A stretch of DNA of 32,902 nt from assembly GCA_001929475.1 (NCBI GenBank), contig LXFE01000323.1, positions 1 through 32,902 on the forward strand, read 5' to 3'. The translations under genes and the position numbers were made by a program. The notes under the pieces are model-generated. The model was given only the letters and a program-made list of their open reading frames with translations, searched no databases and was not told where the DNA came from. Of this stretch, positions 1-10,898 are shown in pieces. Source of the stretch: Neolecta irregularis DAH-3. Its lineage: Eukaryota. The stretch's first letter is position 1. Each line of letters opens with the position of its first letter.

Positions 1-10
1 ATGGTCATGC

Positions 11-96
11 AGAGACAGAGAGACAGATCGATATCAGAGACAGATCGATATCAGAGACAGATCGATATCAGAGACAGATCGATCTCAGAGACAGAG
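11..96. repeat. 17-bp tandem minisatellite (AGAGACAGATCGATATC x4 plus partial flanks)
   Basis: Units at 19-35, 36-52, 53-69 and 70-86 (last with one mismatch), with AGAGACAG(AG) partial copies on both sides. No spacers between units. Confidence 0.95.
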
Positions 97-326
97 ATGG
101 AAGTCTGCGGCGAGGGGCGGTGTGGTTTGCGGAGCCCGCCTAGCCATTTCCAGGTGATTAGATTACAGATAACCGGCACCGACATCGCCGCGTGTTTCTA
201 CACCAGCATTGCAGAAAGTACTGCGGGCATCGCGAAAACACCAACGGCCGTCTGCGATGTATATCGATGCATATCTGGCTGCGGCTGCCATAGCTGCTGC
301 TGGCATAGCCGTGCCCTCTCCACCAC

Positions 327-1880
327 ATGTCGCGCTTCCCGCTGCTGAAGCACAATGACATCGTCCAGTGCATGCGCGACATGGGCATTCCCTTTTCAGA
401 AGAAGACCTTGCAAAACCTTCCGCCGGGCGCATGCAGGCCGTCTACGAGCAGTTTGCCGAATTGTTCATGGGCCTGTTTACCGGCGAGTTCGACTCGGCC
501 ATACAGAAATGCGGCGAGATACTCGAATACCCAGTACAAACCACCCTCCGCACGGCTGACATCCAGCTAGTCCACTGCGCGTCCATTGGCCTGATGGCCT
601 TCCACCAGCACCTGTACGCCTCCCCGCAAAACACACTGCTCACACCAGCGTGCAACTCATGAACCAAGTAGGCATTCTCGACTTTTCGATACGCGACCTC
701 CTCAAACCCGAGCCGGGCAGAGTAAAACGAATCCTTTCCGGCGTCATCAATTTTGCCAAATTCAGAGAAGAACAGCTCGAGACGTATGAAGAGCTGTCCA
801 AACAATCAGTATGCTTGAAACAGAATGATCTCACACGCAGGAAAACTACCTCAGAGCCCACGGTGAGCTCTCAGAGCGCAATCTCGACTTTATGCACCAA
901 ATAACCGGCATCAAACAGCAGCGAGAGGAGGAAGAACCCTACGCCCGGCAGGTCAAGGAGGCCAACAAGCTGCTTACCCAAAAACTCTACCAACTCAAAT
1001 CCACGCAGTCCAAAATCCAAGAACAAACAGATCGGCTCAAACGCGAAAGAAACGTGTTGCAAGAGAAAATCGTTCGCCCCTCGTTTATCTTGTTCTCACT
1101 TGCAGAAAAACACCTCGTTGAGTTTGAGCAATACTAAAAGGGAAGTCGAGCAAATTCATCTCCGAATCGTTCCTGCCCCTGAGAAATTACGGCAAGCAGT
1201 CATAGACATGTCTGAAAGCCTGATGAGCGACAAAAATGCTATATCAAACCTCGAGAAAAGACTTCGAGATCTCCAAATGAAAGCAGACGTTCTTGTCCAA
1301 CTGGAACAGGTTGGTTTTAAATGTATCCTATTGACTCGACTAGGATTTAATATCTTCATTGAAAGCAATGGAGGAATGTGAAACAGAAGTCATTCGCGTC
1401 GAAGAAGCCTTCAAGAAAGAAACCCGACACCGCGAAATGGTAGACCAGAAAGAAATCGAAGTACGGGAATATACTGTCAAAGAAACTGTACACTGTTACC
1501 AATCCGAGTCTAATATATTTAGCAACTCCACCGACAGCTAGTTCATGCAGAAGAGAAACTCGTTCGAGTCCAGAAACAAGCCGAACAAAAACGCCAAACA
1601 GCTCAACTACGAATGGAAGATATCCGTAAAGAATACGAGTCAATGACCAAGGAACGCGCTGCTCGCTCCCGTGAAATGGACTTGAAAAAGGCAAGCATCG
1701 AACGGACTGAGAAAAAGGTTTAGACTAATTCCATGTCTTTATTAAATCATTTAGATCGCCGATCTTGTAGAAAACGTGGCCCAGGAAACACAGGTCGTAG
1801 AAACCGAATGGGCCAAATTGAACAGCCATATCGAACTTTACATGGATGAAATGCGTCAATGCATGGCTATCGCTGGATAA
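327..1880 (+). CDS. NUF2: Kinetochore Ndc80-complex subunit Nuf2 (multi-exon)
   Basis: N-terminal FPLL..DIVQCMRDMGIPFSEEDLAKP and DFSIRDLLKPEPGRVKRILSGVINFAKFRE match the Nuf2 CH domain, followed by a coiled coil. Introns at 534-566, ~613-648, 809-840, 1072-1105, 1310-1343, 1488-1522 and ~1718-1754 give a continuous frame ending ...YMDEMRQCMAIAG* (TAA 1878-1880). Confidence 0.93.
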
Positions 1881-1890
1881 ATGGGTTTAT

Positions 1891-2625
1891 TTACAGTGGT
1901 TTATTAGTAATAGTAATATCTATACATTTATTTTCTTGTTCTTTCCATTGCACCAGGCTCTTGTGTCCCATACTAGACCATTCGCCCTCGCCAACACCAA
2001 CCGTCCAAAATGATTTCATCCAACGAGCATAACATTTATCAATTCCAATAGCTTGCGACTCTCCCAGAAATTCTGTCTCATTCAAAATACCAATAAACTC
2101 GTCTTCACTCTTCGAGTCTCCGATAATTAAACGGCCATTATTGCAAGCATCAAGTGCACTCGCCAAAGTTCTTCCCAAGCCTTGCGCAGAATATCGTTCA
2201 CCTAGTCTATGCATTTCAGTAAACCCCCAAATGGCAAGAAACGTCTTTTGTTCCATTCGTACAATTGACAGGAACGCGGATAGTTGAGGTAATGACGTGA
2301 CGTGAACAATAGACAACTGTCTGGATGCAGCTTGCCATATACTACTCGCGGTCTCGAGACTACTCAGAAATGACGATATCACGGATCCCTCTGCATTTAT
2401 ATCGTTCTGAAGAGCGTTGTTAATAGAGTGTTGACGGGAAGAACTGCAGATTACTAAAATGGAATTTTCACGAGGTTTGTGTAAACGATGATAATTGAGT
2501 AGAAATAGCAAGACTGAAGCGACAGAAGGCGAAGTTATCAGCAAAGGAAATAAATCGAGGTTGACATGGCTAGTTTGAGACGGGTGTTCAGGACACAGTA
2601 AAAGCTCAATTGGAGGTTGAAACAT
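1891..2625 (-). CDS. Putative divergent Rad51-paralog-like Shu-complex subunit (S. pombe Rdl1/SWSAP1-like)
   Basis: Uninterrupted ORF, first in-frame ATG at 2625. Motifs LSIVHVTSLPQLSAFLS, LAIWGFTEMH, YSAQGLGRTLASAL and FLG...YARW resemble, from memory, fission-yeast Rdl1 and an uncharacterised filamentous-ascomycete family. The start is uncertain. Confidence 0.5.
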   Translation of the reverse strand: MFQPPIELLLCPEHPSQTSHVNLDLFPLLITSPSVASVLLFLLNYHRLHKPRENSILVICSSSRQHSINNALQNDINAEGSVISSFLSSLETASSIWQAASRQLSIVHVTSLPQLSAFLSIVRMEQKTFLAIWGFTEMHRLGERYSAQGLGRTLASALDACNNGRLIIGDSKSEDEFIGILNETEFLGESQAIGIDKCYARWMKSFWTVGVGEGEWSSMGHKSLVQWKEQENKCIDITITNKPL

Positions 2626-2835
2626 AAGCAGCACGAATGAATCGGTACATCGCAATATCAATAATTCACAAGATACATCGCGATCAAACGGACCAGAGAA
2701 TGTAATAAATGTATGTCATTAACGGACAGTAACTAAGCCTAGATCGCTGACATTAACCATGTCGATGGATAACAAGAAAATAAAAACTCTGCTGACTTGC
2801 TCGGCCGGTCGAATAGGACCGCCATGAAATCCCCC

Positions 2836-3429
2836 CTATTGCTGATATCCGGAGCCGGGGAGAGGAAAACAATCATATCCAGCAAGTGAAGCTCCCCCGG
2901 AGCAGTATTCCAACCAAGCCTGAGTAGCGGGATACGAATAGTATGCTGCCCAATAATCGACTAGAATATCAGAAATTTCACTCGCGAAAGGATTGGCCTG
3001 CCTTTTGTAGTATCAAGGACAAACGGGCACTCAGGCTGGCAGCCAAGATTTATCGCTGCAGGGGTTGCCTCATACCCATCAGGGGTATACGCAGTATTAC
3101 AACCTTGCCGAGAAACGGTACCATATATAGGGCTGCCAAGCAAACCAGAGTTGCAATAAGCCAACCCATAAGCCGAGAGATTTTGCCTTGCGAGCTGGGA
3201 GATACTCGTCGCGGCTAAACCATCAGAACTGCCCTTGAAAATGCGGCCAACAATTTACGCCGATTTGATCTCCCCCACAACCCGGATGGGCCTGCACTTT
3301 GCAGCTAAATGTGATCACATTTTTGCTGCCCCCATGTGGATTGGCAGCAATTTTGGACTCTCCAAGATCGGTAGTATCAGCAAGGGTCGCAGTCAAAACT
3401 GTCGCATAGGCGAAGAGAATGAATTTCAT
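2836..3429 (-). CDS. Small secreted Cys-rich protein, paralog A (171 aa, 8 Cys, two degenerate LysM-like modules)
   Basis: Exons 3429-3252, 3214-3002 and 2960-2836. Introns are 37 nt GT-AG and 41 nt GC-AG, both phase 1. Signal peptide MKFILFAYATVLTATLA. Module 1: GCGGDQIGVNSATSISQLARQNLSAYGLAYCNSGL. Module 2: CQPECPFVLDTTKVDYWAAYYSYPATQAWLEYCSGGASLAGYDCFPLP. TATAAAAA lies 38 nt upstream. Confidence 0.75.
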
Positions 3430-3460
3430 GATAGGCGAAGATATCAGCCGGTGCAAATCG

Positions 3461-3850
3461 CCTGCCTTTTTATATTTCACAAACGGCATTTGAGACTGCC
3501 ATAGACCTTGGGGAAGACTTTGCCGAGAGCTCTTTAGTCATTCTCTTCATCGCTAAATTGGTCAAAAACTGAACAACATACCCAACAAAAGCGGCCTGAG
3601 AGAAAGGAAATTGGGCGTCCTCTTCCAAGCTCACACAGGACTCGCTCGTCTGCAGTTTCACTTTATTCCACAATTTTTGTACAGACTTGCAGATATCAAA
3701 AGTCAAAATCAAGATTGTACTTGTCACCTATGACATCGAAATTCAAGGGATGAAGAACTAGGGTTTTGACTTGTCTCGAGCTTTGGCCATTTTTAAATAT
3801 ATCTTACACGTTGCAACGCGAGTTGAAAACATTTTACTAGTGCAAGCTTA
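3461..3850 (-). promoter_or_regulatory. Promoter of paralog A (TATA at 3467-3474), duplicated at 6374-6590
   Basis: The 21-mer CCTGCCTTTTTATATTTCACA is identical at 3461-3481 and 6374-6394, with similarity continuing to ~3525/6443. A second block at 3734-3850 aligns with 6474-6590. Copy A has ~170 extra bp between the blocks. Confidence 0.85.
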
Positions 3851-4089
3851 CGCTTTGTAAGAAGAGCAAAATCTCTTATAAAGCATATTGTATGAAAGAA
3901 TCTCATCTTCAAGTCCTTGTTTTACACCCAAGAGCATCTGAAAATTCACTGTTCTCTCCTGCGTAACGCGACTAACCGCGTGTTTCCCGATGACATTAAC
4001 TAACCTTGAAAATAACAAGTCTGATTAACCTAGTATTGGCGCAGGTTATTTCAGCATCGGATTACAAATATCGGGAATATCATTCGGTA

Positions 4090-4760
4090 TAGAATCTAGG
4101 GATCCGGTCTTGTAATTCCAAGATAGAAATTCATTTCATGATCGGTAGACCCGGTAATTCAAATCCACGCGAAATGTAGTATACGAAACGTAAAGTACTT
4201 TACCATTCACAACCACTGCTCCTCCACCTTGATAATTTATTTTGTTCACTTTATATCCTAACTCATCCTCCACAAATAGGATGTTGGCGTCTATATTGGC
4301 TCGGGAATTATCAATATACACAAGCTAAATCACTTGGAGTGAGAAACTCAATATGTAGCCATTACAAATACTTGGAATGGATCCTCTAATATCTTTGTTC
4401 TTCTAGAAACTTGGAATTTCAAAGCTAGAGTGTTAGAATCATGTAAGCTATTTGGTACTTCAGATAGCGAAATCTAGTTCTTCCTGTGAACCTCCGTACA
4501 TACGAAGCCAATATGTACGTTAGTTGTCCATATCATCGATATCAACATCCACATCTGCATGCAAGCTCTTTGCTTTATCCCTTGGCAATGTCGTCCTCTA
4601 TTTCTCCCAACCAATCTGTGTTTCTAGGTAACTCTTCATATTCAGGAGAATGATGTCTGATTGGTGGAAGCTTGCGAAACTTGATTGGCTTGATACACAA
4701 ACGAGGACAGTCTACGTATTCATCAAGGGCTTGGCGTAGTTGATCTACCAGTTGGGGGAT
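4090..4760 (-). pseudogene. Degraded coding relic, possibly retrotransposon (retropepsin-like) derived
   Basis: Protein-like fragments separated by stops: QLVDQLRQALDEYVDC...GEIEDDIAKG*, and LYIDNSRANIDANILFVEDELG...VVVNGKVLYVSYTTFRVDL. The latter is loosely patterned like an LTR-element aspartyl protease but lacks an intact DSG/DTG. Confidence 0.25.
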
Positions 4761-4939
4761 CTGGACTGAGACTGCTGACTATTTGAATCGACATATTATA
4801 CACCTGGATCGCCAACGAGACAATCCAAAGCGCAGAAAAGCTCTAAACAAAATCGGAGACTCGCAGGTTTGAGCAAGATGTATTAAAACAACGACTGAGG
4901 CTATTCGAGCTTGGTAGCATAGTCGTGTCAGTTGCCTTA

Positions 4940-5460
4940 ACAGGAGAGAAGACATTAAAAAACACTGGTAATGCAGCGGCAGCTAGTTCGAGATGAGAAG
5001 ATAATCTTTTGTAGACGGTCGTTTACTACAATCCACGATTTTAAGCGGGTTGAAAATAGCTAGAAATATTAGAAATTCTCGGTTAGCAAGGAAAGGTCTA
5101 CCCCGGCCGGCGGATTGTAGTATTTTGGGCAACTACCCGTGCAATCTGACGGTAAATCGTCCCCGGGGCTCCATTGGAGGGGAGCTTCCAACCGGTGGGA
5201 GTACAAGCAAAGGGTAAGTCAATTCAACTATAACCGGGTCCGCCGAAGGTGCAAGAGTAGCGGTGCTATATAAAATGTGGTATTGGTCAGCGACGGCCTG
5301 CAAATTCTTTCCGAATGAGGGCGGGCGAGTGTAAATAGGATTAAAGAGCGTTATTGGATGACCGACCGTGATAGGCGTGGACAAAAAAAGAGCGTGGTTT
5401 TGATCACGTGCACCACAAACACCTTTCGAAATGCTGTTGCAATCAGGGCGGCTCCGCAAT
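4940..5460 (-). pseudogene. Pseudogenised third copy (C) of the secreted LysM-like family
   Basis: Fragments GKNLQAVADQYHI, LPFACTP (cf. PYACTP in B), DCTGSCPKYY (cf. QCPQGCPLFF) and PSTKDYL...YQCF (cf. PATQAWL...YDCF in A). A 42-nt intron at 5101-5060 ends ATTTCTAATATTTCTAG, like the second introns of A and B. Frameshifts and in-frame TGA/TAG are present; no signal peptide or conserved promoter was found. Confidence 0.7.
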
Positions 5461-5681
5461 AGAAGGGCAGGCTACGGACAAACCACCACTGGGCCAAGTC
5501 AATGATCAAAGGTTTGGGATAAACATATGTCATATTAAACTCGAATATACAGACCGGACACCTACAATCCGGATATATATCTAAGAACGAACTGCCGCGA
5601 CGTGGGATATCTCGATAAATAACGGACAACAGAAGCTACTCAGCATTGCTCGATTGGCACACAGCCGACAACGAAGACCCT

Positions 5682-6348
5682 TTAATAACAATATTGAGGG
5701 ACCGCAATGCAGACGTTTGTCCCGAGATTGTAAACTTGATCATAAGGGGGCTGTCTTCGGAGGCAATCGTCAGTATTCGAAAAGATCTTGGTGATGTCGG
5801 TAACACCATCTAGAAATATCAGAAATGCTCGTTCTGCAAGTACGAGCATACCGGCTTTGAAGAATAACGGGCATCCTTGGGGACATTGATTGGAATCTTG
5901 TGGGCCTGAACTACCACTACCACCACCCGAAGCAGACGGGGTGCAAGCATATGGGCAATTATAGCGGTTAATGCTACCATTCCCGTACCCGTCGAACAGG
6001 CCATAGTTGCAATACTCGAGGTCGGTCTGAGACACCTGGTTATATTGCGCTAGCTCCGCGAAACTCCCTGCTCCTAAAATCGTCAGAAACCACCCTTTAA
6101 GAATTTTTCTTACCGTTTACATACACAGTAGGTCCCCGGCAAGTTCGGGGGCAATTGCAATTCCCTTGGGTTTGAATCAGGCTACTACCAAGGTTATCAG
6201 GACTGGCGCTGGACCCGCTCGTGGGAGTGAACTTGTCGGACTGAACGGTGGCGGCCGGATTATCGACCACGCTCTGGGGAGAGCTCTGGGAGGAATCCAG
6301 GCTGGCTGCAGCCGACAACGTTGCAAAGGCGAAGACGATGAATTGCAT
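5682..6348 (-). CDS. Small secreted Cys-rich protein, paralog B (194 aa, 11 Cys, Ser-rich spacer, two degenerate LysM-like modules)
   Basis: Exons 6348-6114, 6073-5852 and 5809-5682. Introns are 40 and 42 nt GT-AG, phase 1. Signal peptide MQFIVFAFATLSAAA. Module 1: CRGPTVYVNGAGSFAELAQYNQVSQTDLEYCNYGL. Gly/Ser linker. Module 2: CPQGCPLFFKADGVTDITKIF...YNLGTNVCIAVP. Confidence 0.8.
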
Positions 6349-6373
6349 GTTGATGAGGATCGACTGCCAAGGG

Positions 6374-6590
6374 CCTGCCTTTTTATATTTCACAGTCGGC
6401 ATCTCAGACTGCCGAATAAGACCTTCGGGAGGACTTTTTGCCGGAAAGTTTTGCTACCTGTACGCTAAAACATCATCGAAATTCAAGCGGGAAACCTAGG
6501 GCTTTGACTCGTCGAGAGCTTGGCCAAGTTTAAATATAACTTTCTCTCGACGCATGCCGTGATTGAAAGCATTTTCACGAGTCCAAGCGT
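6374..6590 (-). promoter_or_regulatory. Promoter of paralog B (TATA at 6380-6387)
   Basis: Direct-repeat homology to 3461-3525 and 3734-3850; TATAAAAA lies 32 nt upstream of ATG 6348. Confidence 0.85.
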
Positions 6591-7165
6591 AGGTTTGGGT
6601 TAGCAGTGCGTGTCTATCAAAGCTAAATAAGAAGTCTGAACAATCAGGTTTTCCACATAACACGCCCGTCTCGGGACATACGGGTTCTTGCAGGTCGCGC
6701 TAAGACGTTGGAGTAGGTTTGAAACTGATATCGTATTTAAAGCCTTGATAGACAATCAGAACAAAGACCTTGAGCAGTTTTGACTTGTTATTCAACCGCT
6801 TTCATGTTCTATCCACAAAATACAAATTATAAAGAACAGGGAAAGAGAAGAATGCGAAAAGTTCTCTGAGAAAACAGGGATGTTCTAGAAGAGCAGGACC
6901 CTGCCTAGGGCCAATGTGGAGCTAATTTCGGGTTGGCTTTTGTTCGAATGTTATCCCGTCATTTCCTTAACGTCTCGATCAACATGAACAAGACGCGTTC
7001 AGCCCAAACGAGCAGAAAGCTTGTCCCAATAGCTTCGCAGATCTACCACCATAGCCCCCTCGAACTGGGAATATGATTGGTTGCCTTGCGGGTGTAACTT
7101 TTGACTTTTCTCATTTTCGCTCTCTTTTTCTTTTCTACCCCAGAAAGATATATATATAGACAATC

Positions 7166-8450
7166 CTAGATTCCCAATGCAAGCTTCATACGCTCGTATA
7201 CCAGAAAGGAACACGACACCATTGGTATAATCTAATATTAGCATATTTGACAGTATTCCCAACAAGACCTTCACATATCCAATCGACAAACCCACAAAGA
7301 ATCCTCGAAACCCCCTTCCAAACCAAATTTTCTGGGCGGTCTCCCACATTCCCGTGAATCTTTGCTCTCCTTTCGCTCCTGCAACCTGCATCCGCCGTCG
7401 AATGACTTCTAGGGGATAACTGGCTGTTTGCGACATCAAAGCTGCAAATCCTCCCGCTGTCAGTTCAGACCAGACCTTTAATGGAGCTCGTGTCGCTTTA
7501 TTTGACGGGTCCATCAAAGTATATTGCCGAAGTATTGGTGATCGGAACAAATCTCCAATGAAGTCATGTACCCAAAATGAAACACCGGCATAGGGTAGCA
7601 TGCCCACCAGCGTAGGTGTGAATCCACGGTAAAAATTGCTTATCCCTCTGAAAGAGAGCGGTAGCCGACTACATAACGTTGCCGGAGTAACCGTCAAGGA
7701 TGCTCGTGCCAAAGTAGTATTCGCTGACTCAATGAGACTTGGTTTACGCGTATAATAAATCGGGTTATGACCTCGTTCATGATATATTTGCCAGCAAGTG
7801 TTTGTAAAAGTTATTCGATAATTTTTCCGTGTCTCAAATGCCAATCTCACCCTTACAACCTCCAAGGGATATGTGAATATGACCGAGGTAACACCTACCT
7901 GATTATCACCGAGCGTCCTGAACTAACGGTGAAAATCTACCTGCGAGAGAGCCAGCCATGAAGCGTCTCCAACCTTGGTCCAACCGTTTATTCGGAATGA
8001 GGAGATGTCGATATTGCTCATATGCAATGAATTTGATAGCGGCGTAGGGAAAGATCCGAAGCAATGTAGCTGAATGGCCTTGATATAATCCCCAAACACC
8101 ATCTTGTCGATAAATTGCCTTCGTTGCGTATATCGCACCGGCCCAGCTACCTGCATACTTTGCAAAGTGTGGATTGGATGTCTGGAACAATATCTTTATT
8201 CGATCGAGGGGCGCAATCAAGGTCTTCGCCTGCCTTTTTAGATCAATTTAAAGGAAGAAAGTACGGTGCATCCAGCTAACCCGCCTGCCAATCCAGTTCT
8301 CACAACATAATCTAGACTCTGGGGGTCTGGTTTTCCAACAGCCACAAGATTTCCTTGGGGTAGTATTTCATCATTTATCGCTGGATCGCACGAGAGTACA
8401 TCGTTGCTCTGTTTGACTAGTTCCTCGTTTTCATAGCCGGAAATCAGCAT
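7166..8450 (-). CDS. LEU5: Mitochondrial carrier, Leu5/CoA-transporter type (multi-exon)
   Basis: Three carrier repeats with PX(D/E)XX(K/R) signatures (APLDRIK, YPLEVVR, YPLEVIR). Subfamily motifs [17 protein letters not shown] and [23 protein letters not shown]. Spliced C-terminus ...[14 protein letters not shown] (stop 7166-7168). Confidence 0.88.
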
Positions 8451-8603
8451 GCGAAGAGGGTTGCTGCTGATTTTTGATGTTTTTGTCAAATTATTGTAGA
8501 GATGGTAGCTTTGGATGCCAAGATAGCGGGGTTTAATTTTACAAGACGCCCAACTATATTGTAGATATTTCTATCTCTACATATACAACAAGATCTACGC
8601 AAG

Positions 8604-10898
8604 TCAAATAACTCGAGTTTCTCGTTCAAGCCAAGCCAATGCTTGGGGATTTCCTTTCAAGAAAGATTTAGTTTTTTCCAACACTTGTTTGTGATAGGCA
8701 TTCAACCAATGGATATCGTCATTTGTTAACATCGACTTCTCAATCAAGTTGCTAGCGAAGGGGCACTGTGATAATAAGCATATCCAAAATATTTGAAAAC
8801 ACACACCATGGTAATGGTTTCAAATCCAAAATAAGAGCGGTCCCCAAATCGATGTTGGGTCTCCACTTCCTTTACAATAACCAAATTTTCCAGTCTAATG
8901 CCAAACTTGCCATCTTCGTAATAGCCCGGCTCTATTCTAGATAAGACCAATAATGTTTTATTCACGTACCGTTAGAGAGGACCATACCGGCATCCAGGGC
9001 AACTTCGGAAAATGCAAGCCTAGTACCAATCCCTGCTGGTCCCTCGTGGACATTCAGAAAGGCACCAACACCGTGTCCCGTTCCATGTCGATAATCTAAA
9101 CCTTGAATCCAAAGATGTTGACGAGCTAAAACATCAATAGCAAATCCAGTTGTGCCCTTTGGAAAAACTGCGCGAGCAAGCGAGATGTGACCTTTGAGGA
9201 CGAGGGTATAAGCTTCCTTCTCGAAAGCGTTCGGAGTTCTGTGGTGAACAGTACGAGTGACATCTGTTGTTCCATCCCTTCATCAGTAGAAGAAAATTGG
9301 GACTGTACCGATACTGAGCCCCAGAGTCACATAGATATATTGCGGATGGATCAACGACAGCGCAAGAACCTTTCTCTGGTTGATAATGAATAATGGCACC
9401 ATTCGGTCCAGTTGAAGAGATTGTAGGGAAAGATAAGCCTGCATAATTTTCTTTACCCCTTGGGATGAGCCAAAGGAACTGGAAAGCATACGCACTTTCG
9501 AATCTGTTCCAACTTGTCGGATACATCAACTTCATCCAACGAAGAACCATCTTTTAAGCTATCTTCAAGCCATGCGAAGTATTCGATGAGTGAGGCTCCA
9601 TCTCGAATATGACATTTCCTCATTCCATCCAATTCAACATCGTTTTTCACAGCTTTCGCCATCTGGATCGGACTTTGAATCTCTTCAACGTTATTCTGAC
9701 CAAGAGCATTGACAAGAGCCCAAGAAGCTGTCTTGGCAACGAGAATTTTCTTCTTCGCCTCTAGAGTTTTAGAGAGAATGGTTGAATCTGCAAAAATGGC
9801 ATAGAAAGGCGCAATTTTCACGTGGTCCCCAAGGTGCTTCTTGATTCCATCGTTGAGTTGAGATTCATGAATATAGAGAGTGGTGTTTGTCATCGTGACA
9901 AGTGCATAGGAAAAGAACACCGGATTATAAGGAATATCATCCCCTCGAAGATTGAAAAGCCCTAGTCCATGAGATACATATTCTCATCACACGTACAAGC
10001 AATCTCATCAAGGGCAGATACTACAAAACCTTCAGCAGATCTTTTTTCAATTGCTTTCCGAAGCTCGAGGAGCTTATCGGCGACTGATTTTCCTCGTCCT
10101 GTCAGCACCAAACAGGATGCCATCATGATACCTGTATACTTGGTTTCCAATACAAAGACAGGCCTAGTTGGTCGAGCTGGTCGCTGTTTGGCCCAAACAT
10201 CATCAATCAAATTGCAATCCATAGGGACAAGTTTAGCTTCGCTCTGGCTTTGAAGATCATCTTGTAATTTCTTCGCTTGAGCTTGAAAATCAACCGCATG
10301 TGCAGAGAGAGATCGTACAAAATGTAAGCAGAGTCGCGTCAACTCCAACAGACTTTCCGGACTTTGCCTCTGCTATGGTCCATTCTTGCCAGCTTAAAAC
10401 ATCCGGTAAACCATATTTCATTAAAGTCCAGTTACTATCGAGCTAGATATCAATAAATGCGTCACACTATAGCTCTAATACTTGCTTCCCTGCTTGATTG
10501 AAATAACGCCCGTCGGTAAATAAAGCAGCCTTGGTTTCGGTAATGACTGCACAGCCTGCCGATCCAGTGAAACCTTTGATATAAGTCAAGCACCATAGGC
10601 AAATTAATACCGCTGATATATGCCCGTCTCGCGTCAGCGGGACAAGTGTATTCGCTCTGGTGGGAATCTTCAGAAGGTACGACTTTTCAACTCAGCAGTA
10701 ATAAGAGACAACGAAAACCGCACCATAAAGTTGGATATTGCATTTCCGCATCAACGTACGCAAACTAGAAAGTCGCTCAGTGGTATTTGTTGCACTTGCA
10801 GCTTGATCCATTGGTCGAGCAGTATAGTAATTATGCTTATTGGAGGAGAATGGCTTAATTAGACGTCGCAGCATTCCCCTCAACTGCATAATTATCAT
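8604..10898 (-). CDS. Xaa-Pro aminopeptidase P (M24B, XPNPEP1/AMPP1/Fra1 type), multi-exon
   Basis: SEY....DARRA N-terminal motif, [80 protein letters not shown] and WLNAYH. Candidate starts at 10898, 10889, 10874 or 10811. Confidence 0.93.

Noticed and set aside
11..96. CRISPR-like array
   Set aside because: Units are contiguous with no spacers, the context is eukaryotic and there are no cas genes.
1..348. 115-aa ORF
   Set aside because: The N-terminus is a translation of the 17-bp repeat, it overlaps the NUF2 start out of frame, and it has no recognisable motif.
3430..3489. Shared N-terminal extension MP(F/T)VKYKKAG on both secreted paralogs (also 6349-6402)
   Set aside because: The conserved part is the TATA-containing promoter 21-mer, and the downstream ATGs begin typical signal peptides. 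Not fully excluded without TSS data.
6999..7165. Extended LEU5 C-terminus in the 288-aa ORF
   Set aside because: Arises from reading through the last intron; splicing restores the canonical carrier end, with a stop at 7166-7168.
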